Positions 57,738-64,000 of a stretch of 64,000 nucleotides of DNA are shown piece by piece (position 1 is the stretch's first letter; every line of letters starts with the position of its first letter). The stretch covers positions 992,001 to 1,056,000 of the forward strand of contig JAXGZN010000001.1 of the NCBI GenBank assembly GCA_040776945.1. The letters are read 5' to 3'. Under the pieces are notes generated by a model, which was given only the letters and a program-made list of their open reading frames with translations, was not told the origin of the DNA and made no database searches. The position numbers and the translations under genes were made by a program. The DNA comes from Methanomassiliicoccaceae archaeon. GTDB lineage: Archaea; Thermoplasmatota; Thermoplasmata; Methanomassiliicoccales; Methanomassiliicoccaceae.

Positions 57738-58819
57738 CGATCCGTCTCGCCCATGCAGACATCGATCATGCCTAGGATCGAGGGGACGTCAGCAACCTTG
57801 TGACCTCTCAGCAGGAGAGGGGTGGCTGACAATATCACATAAAGCGGGCTTCTTACCTTGAGGCGGTAAGGCTCGTCGTCGCCCTTGCCTACCACATATA
57901 TGAGGCTCTCGCCCCGAGGGTCCTCCATCCTTGCGAACCCGGTCCCAACCGGCGCGTTCCGAGGAGGCTTGACCCTGATGGGGCCGTCCTTAGGCATCTT
58001 CTTCAGGATGTCCCTGACTATCTGGACGGACATCCTCATTTCGTCCATGCGCACCCGGTACCGGGCATAGGTGTCGCCCTCGTCGGCAGTGCACATGTGC
58101 CAATCGACCTCGTCGTATATCTCATAGGGATCGTTGTGCCGGACATCGTACTTCACGCCGCTGGCCCTGAGGACGGGACCGGTGATGCCAAGGTTGATGG
58201 CGTCCTTTCCGGACATCGGGGCGAGGCCCTCCATCCTCATGCGGAAAACCTTGTTGCGATCCACCAGGTCCTCGTACTCATCGATCCTCTTCTCGAAGTA
58301 GTCGAGGGTCCTGAGGACGTCACGCTCCCAGTTTGGAGGCGCGGCGTTCCTCACGCCGCCGATGCGGCAATAATTATAGGTCATCCTTGCGCCGCACAGG
58401 CTCTGGAAAAGGTCCAGGAACATCTCCCTCTCCCGAATGGCATAGAGGAAGATGGTCAGGTTGCCCAGGTCCGGACCGATGGCGGCCAGCCACATCAAGT
58501 GGTTGCCGATCCTCTGCAGCTCATCGGACATGGCCCGTATCCATTTGGCACGCTCCGGCACCTCGAGGCCCATGAGGTTCTCCACTGCCATGCAGTATAC
58601 ATGGCTCCAGGTGAACGAGGATCCATAGCACAATCGGTCGGCCATGGGGATGATCTGGGGATACTTGCGGTTCTCCACCATCTTCTCCCAGCCGCGATGC
58701 AGATAGCCGATGACGGGCTCAGCGTCCGTAATGGTCTCTCCGTCGACCTTGACCCTCAGGTTCCACAGCCCATGGGTCATGGGGTGCTGAGGGCCCATGT
58801 TGATCCACATCTCTGCCAT
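57734..58819 (-). CDS. fpoD: Fpo/Nuo subunit D
   Basis: NMGPQHP-THG, GYLHRG-EK, DRLCY, GETDR; no Ni-binding CxxC pairs. Confidence 0.95.
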   Translation of the reverse strand: MAEMWINMGPQHPMTHGLWNLRVKVDGETITDAEPVIGYLHRGWEKMVENRKYPQIIPMADRLCYGSSFTWSHVYCMAVENLMGLEVPERAKWIRAMSDELQRIGNHLMWLAAIGPDLGNLTIFLYAIREREMFLDLFQSLCGARMTYNYCRIGGVRNAAPPNWERDVLRTLDYFEKRIDEYEDLVDRNKVFRMRMEGLAPMSGKDAINLGITGPVLRASGVKYDVRHNDPYEIYDEVDWHMCTADEGDTYARYRVRMDEMRMSVQIVRDILKKMPKDGPIRVKPPRNAPVGTGFARMEDPRGESLIYVVGKGDDEPYRLKVRSPLYVILSATPLLLRGHKVADVPSILGMIDVCMGETDR

Positions 58820-58820
58820 C

Positions 58821-59285
58821 TTACGGACCCCCTGTCTTGCAGTCCTTCCGCAAGGGGAAGAAGGTGTAGTCCGCCGGCAGCAGAAGCCTCTCCATCTTCG
58901 GATGGTCCTTGAACACGATCCCGAACATGTCATAGGCCTCCCTTTCGTGCCAGTTAGCGCCTCCCCAGAGCGGGGTTATCGAATCGATCTCAGGATTGTC
59001 GCGGGGGATGTCCACCACTATCTCGGCGGTAATGTTGCTCGAATAGGATGTGAGATGATAGACGACCTGCATGCGGTCGCACCAGTCCACACCGGTGACC
59101 AGGCTGCATTGGTTGAACCCTAGCTGGTCCTTCATGAACATGCAGAGCTTCAGCAAGGACCCCTTGTCGGCGGTCATGAACAAACGCCGCGGCTTGACCT
59201 TGCTTTCGAACTTAACCGCAGTTGGGAACGCTTCGGAGATCCTGCTCTTGACCTGTTCTACAGTATAAGTAACGTTGTCTTCCAT
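58821..59285 (-). CDS. fpoC: Fpo/Nuo subunit C
   Basis: ANWHEREAYDMFGI-F-HP, PLRKD. Confidence 0.95.
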   Translation of the reverse strand: MEDNVTYTVEQVKSRISEAFPTAVKFESKVKPRRLFMTADKGSLLKLCMFMKDQLGFNQCSLVTGVDWCDRMQVVYHLTSYSSNITAEIVVDIPRDNPEIDSITPLWGGANWHEREAYDMFGIVFKDHPKMERLLLPADYTFFPLRKDCKTGGP

Positions 59286-59294
59286 GCTCCCACC

Positions 59295-59858
59295 TCAGTC
59301 GTCCATGAACGTGCCGATCTTCGACTTCTTGATCTTCTGGTGCAGTCTCAGGAACCCGTCTATAAGCGCCTCAGGCCTGGGCGGGCAACCGGGGATGTAC
59401 ACGTCCACGGGGATGAAGGTGTCTACGCCCTGAACGACATTATATGCATCATACCAGGGGCCGCCGGAGATGGCGCACTCGCCCATGGCGATGACCCACT
59501 TGGGCTCGGGCATCTCCTCGTAGAGGCGCCTCAGGGCCGGCCTCAGCTTCTTGGAGACCCAGCCGTTCACCAGGAGAACATCGCACTGTCGAGGCGAGGA
59601 CCTGAAGACCAGTCCAAGCCTTTCATTGTCATATCGAGGCCCGGAACAAGCGGCCATCTCCAGGGCGCAGCAGGCTATGCCGAAGTGCAGCGGGTACATC
59701 GAGTTCCTTACGCCCCAGTTGAGCAATGGGTCCATCACCTTGTCGAGGCCCCTCTTCACACCAGTGGCGCGGACGATATCGTCCATGACGTTCGTGGACC
59801 ATTCCACGAACTCCTTCGCGCTCATCGCGATAGCGTTCGGGTACGCGCTCAAATCCAT
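59295..59858 (-). CDS. fpoB: Fpo/Nuo subunit B
   Basis: [30 protein letters not shown]. Confidence 0.95.
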   Translation of the reverse strand: MDLSAYPNAIAMSAKEFVEWSTNVMDDIVRATGVKRGLDKVMDPLLNWGVRNSMYPLHFGIACCALEMAACSGPRYDNERLGLVFRSSPRQCDVLLVNGWVSKKLRPALRRLYEEMPEPKWVIAMGECAISGGPWYDAYNVVQGVDTFIPVDVYIPGCPPRPEALIDGFLRLHQKIKKSKIGTFMDD

Positions 59859-60208
59859 AATCTCTCCTCCTTCCTCAGGGCATAGAACACCCCGACCAGG
59901 AGCAATCCAAAGAAGGCAAGCATCAGCATCTTTGCGTCAAAGGAAAGGTTGACGAAGTTCAAAGCCCAGATCATCAAAAAAACAGTAACGACGTCGAAAG
60001 CTACGAAGATGATCGCGAACATATAGAACTGGAAGTGGAACTGGACCCGCGCCACCCCGATCGGCACCTCACCGCACTCGTAGGTCTCCCGCTTGAGAGC
60101 CGACGGTCTGGTAGGCCGGAAGAACTTGGTCATCCAGAACGCGAATGCGGGGACTCCTAGAGCTATAACTGCAAAGATTGCTATTGGCAAATAGGTGTCC
60201 AAGAGCAT
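59849..60208 (-). CDS. fpoA: Fpo/Nuo subunit A
   Basis: K-ETYECG, FY-FAIIFV-FDV; three TM helices; TTTATA about 23 nt upstream, so probably leaderless. Confidence 0.95.
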   Translation of the reverse strand: MLLDTYLPIAIFAVIALGVPAFAFWMTKFFRPTRPSALKRETYECGEVPIGVARVQFHFQFYMFAIIFVAFDVVTVFLMIWALNFVNLSFDAKMLMLAFFGLLLVGVFYALRKEERLWI

Positions 60209-60451
60209 TGATGCGAGAATAGTTAGCCTCTATAAATACGTTATCAGCCGTTAACTTCACTGGCCTATCTGGACGGTCTCCCATTTAGGCTGAATTTGCC
60301 CCTTTTCTACGAAAAAATAAAATCATGATTATCAAAGAACGGAACATGATAATGACGCACCGTTTTCCGGCTAGCTTCCCCGCAGGCCTATGGAAAGTAT
60401 ATGTTCCCCTACTTGCAAACAATCCTATCAATAGGCATAGGAGAGGCGAAC

Positions 60452-61009
60452 ATGAAAGTAGCGATATTCACTGAGGACCTGTACGAGGACGTGGAGTTTT
60501 GGTATCCATTCTATCGCCTTAAAGAGGCAGGACACCAGCCGGTGGTCATCGGCTCGGGGCGGAAGGAGGTCTTTCAGGGGAAGCACGGCGTTCCCAACAG
60601 GGCCGACCTGTCCATCAAGGAGGCCCGGTCCTCGGACTTCGATGCCGTGATAGTGCCGGGAGGTTACGCTCCGGACAAGATGCGGATGTATCCCGAGTTC
60701 GCTCAGATGGTCCGTCTCATGTATGACGAGGGAAAGCTCGTCGCTTCCATCTGCCACGGGCCGTGGGTCCTGGCCTCGGCGGGCATCCTCAGCGGCCGCA
60801 AGGTCACCTGCTGGTCATCGCTCAAGGATGACATGATGAACGCCGGCGCCCGGTTCCTGGACCAGGAAGTGGTCATCGACGGGAACATAATCACATCACG
60901 GATGCCCGACGACCTTCCCGCCTTCATGAGCGAGGTGCTCCGTCACCTGAGCTCTGGGCGGGACGCTCAGGCGGCGCGCATGGCCGCTGCGTCTGCGACC
61001 GGCCGCTGA
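60452..61009 (+). CDS. pfpI: PfpI/DJ-1 family protease/deglycase
   Basis: YEDVE, VPGGYAPD, ICHGP, TSRMPDDL. Confidence 0.93.
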   Translation: MKVAIFTEDLYEDVEFWYPFYRLKEAGHQPVVIGSGRKEVFQGKHGVPNRADLSIKEARSSDFDAVIVPGGYAPDKMRMYPEFAQMVRLMYDEGKLVASICHGPWVLASAGILSGRKVTCWSSLKDDMMNAGARFLDQEVVIDGNIITSRMPDDLPAFMSEVLRHLSSGRDAQAARMAAASATGR

Positions 61010-61087
61010 GCGGGTGACAGATTTAAGTTGTCCGGGACCATTAGTGCCCTGTCAGCACGCTCCGCAGCGTCCTTAACAGGTGATACG

Positions 61088-61897
61088 ATGAGCAAGAGGT
61101 TCGGCTTCATAGGCGCCGGCAACATGGCCGAGGCGATGATGAAAGGCATGATATCCGCAGGCGTATGTTCTCCCAGCGAGCTGATCGCCAGCGAGGTCGT
61201 CCCGGAACGTAGGGATTATATCGCCCGCACGCTGGGGATATCGGTCACGGCCGACAACGTAGAGGTGGTCCGGGAGGCCAACAACGTCGTGCTGGCGGTG
61301 AAGCCGAACATCGTTGCCCCGGTGCTCGACGAGCTCAAGCCAATGCTTGGATCCGACCACCTGCTGATATCCATCGCCGCCGGCACAAAGATATCGTTCA
61401 TCGAGGCCCACCTGAACTGGGGGGTTCGTGTGGTAAGGGTCATGCCCAACCAGCCCTGTCTAGTCGGTGCATCGGCATCGGCCTTTGCCCTCGGCCGATC
61501 GGCCAAGAGAGAGGACAAGGACACCGTGCAGAAGGTGCTCGAGTCCGTAGGCGTCGCGTTCGCGATGGAAGAGAAGCTTTTGGACGCGGTCACCGGACTA
61601 TCGGGAAGCGGCCCGGCATACATCTACATGGTGATAGAGGCCCTCGCCGACGGCGGCGTTCTGGCCGGTCTCCCCAGAGATGTTGCGCAAACCCTCGCCG
61701 CGCAGACGGTGTTCGGCGCAGCGAAGACGGTCCTCGACATAAAAGGCCATCCGGCCCAGTTCAAGAACATGGTGGAGTCGCCGGCAGGCACGACCATCGA
61801 GGGCATCAGGGTCCTGGAGGAGGCCGGGGTCCGCGGCGCGTTCATCGATGCGGTGGATGCGGCCGCCAAGCGGTCCATCGAGCTTGGCCGGAGCTAA
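61088..61897 (+). CDS. proC: Pyrroline-5-carboxylate reductase
   Basis: [31 protein letters not shown]. Confidence 0.96.
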   Translation: MSKRFGFIGAGNMAEAMMKGMISAGVCSPSELIASEVVPERRDYIARTLGISVTADNVEVVREANNVVLAVKPNIVAPVLDELKPMLGSDHLLISIAAGTKISFIEAHLNWGVRVVRVMPNQPCLVGASASAFALGRSAKREDKDTVQKVLESVGVAFAMEEKLLDAVTGLSGSGPAYIYMVIEALADGGVLAGLPRDVAQTLAAQTVFGAAKTVLDIKGHPAQFKNMVESPAGTTIEGIRVLEEAGVRGAFIDAVDAAAKRSIELGRS

Positions 61898-63621
61898 CCG
61901 GAGCGAGGCTTGCGGCGGAACATGAGGGCATACATCGCCCTGGGTATGCTCCGGAACACGCTGGGCGAGTCCCATTCGAGGTCCCGCTTCTGACAGATGG
62001 TCGATTCCATGAGATCCTCGCCCCTCTGCTTTAGCCGGGCAAGGGTCTCCTCCCTCGATGCCGCGTCCTGCAGCCGCATGGCGCTTTCAACTTCCTTCAT
62101 AAGCTGGCGGGCGTCCTTGGACCTTGCTTCCCGGAGCCTCTTCTCCTCGACCGTCATAAGCCCGACCTCGACCCTGACATCGTTGAGGCGGTCCGCTGCG
62201 TCATAGGACGCCTGGACGATCTGGTCACGGCTAAGGTTAAAGGTCTCATATGACAGCACATCGCGCCAGTTGGGGCTCTCCAGCCTGGAACGGTGCTCTT
62301 CAAGTGTGCGAGCGAAGAGGCGGTAGCCGAACCGCTCAGGGCTCTCGAAGGCCATGCTGCCCGGGTCCAGGAAGGGCGCCAGGGGCGATGTGTACACCAG
62401 AAGGCGCTTGTCGTTGTTGTTCTGAGAATACAGCTTCCGGGTGTATTCCGCCGACCCGATCGCCGAGCCCGAGGTCTGCTCAGGAAGGCCGATCATGAAG
62501 AACATATCGAACCGCTGGCAATCGTTCGATAGCGCGGCGGTGATGCTCTTTTCCATGGAGGTGTTGTCGAACCTGCGCCCCAGCGCATAGCGGACCTTCT
62601 CCTCGTGCGAGTCAGGCGAGAACTGAATGGAATATCGGTGGAACGTCCTCTTCGCTTCCTCGAAGAACGAGGGGGGCGCGGGGGTGAACAGCTCTAGGAC
62701 CACGTTGCCGTCCACTCCGAGCTCGCGGCACCGGCGGAAGAACCGTTCCGCATAGTCGTCCCCTTTCTGCCTGACGTCGCCGACCACGAAGACCGGCGCA
62801 TCGATGTACGCCTGTACATCCGCGATGTCTTGGGCCACCTTCTCCGGGCTGCGGAACGCCGGTCGAGAACGGCCGAGGACCCGACCCATCGCCCCGCAGC
62901 TGCCGCCGCACACCGCGCAGCACTGGCTGCAGCCGCGTACGGTGAACACGGCGGTAAGGGGATATCGGTCCCAGTCCTTGAAGGGCTTCGCCCCCTTGAG
63001 GTCCCGGTGCCGGATGACCGACCTGATTATCCACCCATAATCGATCTCCAGGTGATCGAGGTCCTCAGGCACGTGAGCCATGGGGTTCACGATGGTCCGC
63101 CCGTCCCTCTTCCAGGTCAGGTTGGGGACCTTCGAGAGATCATCGCCCTTCTCCAAGGCGGCCATCAGCACCGCCAGCGGCTCCTCGCAGGAATCGCCCC
63201 GCAGGACCATGTCCGCCTGTGGATAGTTGATCAGTTCCTCTTGGAAGTAGGAAGAGGAGAAACCTCCGAACAGCACCTTGGAATCAGGGTGCAGCCGCTT
63301 CACCATCTCCGCGATGGCCAGGGCGCCATGGGCATGCGGAAGCCAATGAAGGTCGATGCCGAAGACGTTTGAGCGCAGCCTGCCGATGAGGGCCTCCACG
63401 TCCAGCCTGCGGTCGTTCAGCATCATGCTCGCGAGGTTGATTATCCGGACCCTGTATCCGTCGCGGTCCAACCGATTGGCCATGGTGGTGAACCCAAAGG
63501 GATACATCTCGAAGACCGGGGTGGACGGCACCAGATCGCTTACCGGTCCGTAGAAGATGGAGCGCTTCCTGAAATCATAGACGCTGGGAGCGTGCAAGAA
63601 GATGATGTCTTCCTTGTGCAT
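61894..63621 (-). CDS. Cobalamin-binding radical SAM protein (methanogen TIGR04190-like family)
   Basis: [42 protein letters not shown]. Confidence 0.88.
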   Translation of the reverse strand: MHKEDIIFLHAPSVYDFRKRSIFYGPVSDLVPSTPVFEMYPFGFTTMANRLDRDGYRVRIINLASMMLNDRRLDVEALIGRLRSNVFGIDLHWLPHAHGALAIAEMVKRLHPDSKVLFGGFSSSYFQEELINYPQADMVLRGDSCEEPLAVLMAALEKGDDLSKVPNLTWKRDGRTIVNPMAHVPEDLDHLEIDYGWIIRSVIRHRDLKGAKPFKDWDRYPLTAVFTVRGCSQCCAVCGGSCGAMGRVLGRSRPAFRSPEKVAQDIADVQAYIDAPVFVVGDVRQKGDDYAERFFRRCRELGVDGNVVLELFTPAPPSFFEEAKRTFHRYSIQFSPDSHEEKVRYALGRRFDNTSMEKSITAALSNDCQRFDMFFMIGLPEQTSGSAIGSAEYTRKLYSQNNNDKRLLVYTSPLAPFLDPGSMAFESPERFGYRLFARTLEEHRSRLESPNWRDVLSYETFNLSRDQIVQASYDAADRLNDVRVEVGLMTVEEKRLREARSKDARQLMKEVESAMRLQDAASREETLARLKQRGEDLMESTICQKRDLEWDSPSVFRSIPRAMYALMFRRKPRSG

Positions 63622-63672
63622 GCGGTCACCTCATGGCCCTACCGGCTAAGGTCGGTCGCTACAAATAGGTTG

Positions 63673-64000
63673 TCATTTCCCGAACCTTCGCTGCCGGAGC
63701 TGGTACGAGCGTATGGCGCGCAGGAAGTCGATCTTCCTGAAGCCTGGCCAATATACGTCGGTGAAGTATAGCTCGGCATAGGCCAGCTGCCATAGCAGGA
63801 AATTGGAGATCCGCTCCTCCCCGGACGTTCTAAGTATTAGATCGGGGTCGGGGAAGTCTGCGGTGTACAGGTAGTTGGAGAAGGTCCGCTCATCTATATC
63901 GCCCACCTCCAGCTGGCCGTCCTTGACCTTCTGGGCGATCTGTTTGATAGCCTGGATTATCTCCTGACGGGAGCCGTAGGCGGTGGCGATGTTATAATAA
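63673..64000 (-). CDS. uppS: cis-Prenyltransferase (UppS family), 5' truncated by window
   Basis: [38 protein letters not shown]. Confidence 0.95.
   Translation of the reverse strand, partial: YYNIATAYGSRQEIIQAIKQIAQKVKDGQLEVGDIDERTFSNYLYTADFPDPDLILRTSGEERISNFLLWQLAYAELYFTDVYWPGFRKIDFLRAIRSYQLRQRRFGK

Noticed and set aside
57734-59858. Group 4 [NiFe]-hydrogenase
   Set aside because: The D subunit lacks the Ni-binding CxxC motifs, and the A-N gene order is Fpo/Nuo-like
278-63372. Many long antisense or alternate-frame ORFs in the track (e.g. 278..1279, 30875..31891, 33435..34616)
   Set aside because: They are shadow ORFs of well-supported genes, expected in GC-rich DNA, with no motifs of their own
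1-64000. Pyrrolysine (in-frame TAG) read-through genes, plausible in this lineage
   Set aside because: The TAG-ending genes I checked (polX, gdhA, tal, nrdG, the KaiC fusion, the G3E GTPase) look complete at the TAG; I saw no gene split by an amber codon
1-64000. CRISPR arrays, transposases, integrases, prophage genes
   Set aside because: No regularly spaced repeats or recognisable mobile-element proteins were seen

Overview
GC-rich archaeal chromosomal segment, most likely from a Methanomassiliicoccales (Thermoplasmatota) methanogen. The assignment rests on an Fpo-like complex lacking FpoF/FpoO/NuoEFG, HdrD-, HdrB/C- and MvhD-like genes, split transketolase plus transaldolase, Alba, PCNA, TBP, Csl4, Nob1, geranylgeranyl reductases and DUF835/KaiC-like ATPases. 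It is mostly housekeeping: an AMP-salvage operon (R15P isomerase, form III-type RuBisCO, AMP phosphorylase), PolX-PHP, glutamate dehydrogenase, catalase, three KaiC-like ATPases, Hsp20, a KamA-like radical SAM, tRNA-Val(CAC), an ABC-2 exporter, isoprenoid genes and the full fpoA-N operon. No CRISPR array, prophage or intact IS was seen. The best leads outside the ORF track are: (i) a candidate small transcription unit at about 39.93-40.28 kb with a palindromic promoter, a box C/D-like element, a 42-aa ORF and a terminator; (ii) a TBP gene that apparently needs a non-canonical ATA/ATT start; (iii) three small proteins under 60 aa; (iv) three KaiC-like ATPases sharing a Met in Walker A; (v) a long-chain-type prenyl synthase plus reductase beside the fpo operon. 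All calls come from motif reading by eye; no database search was run.
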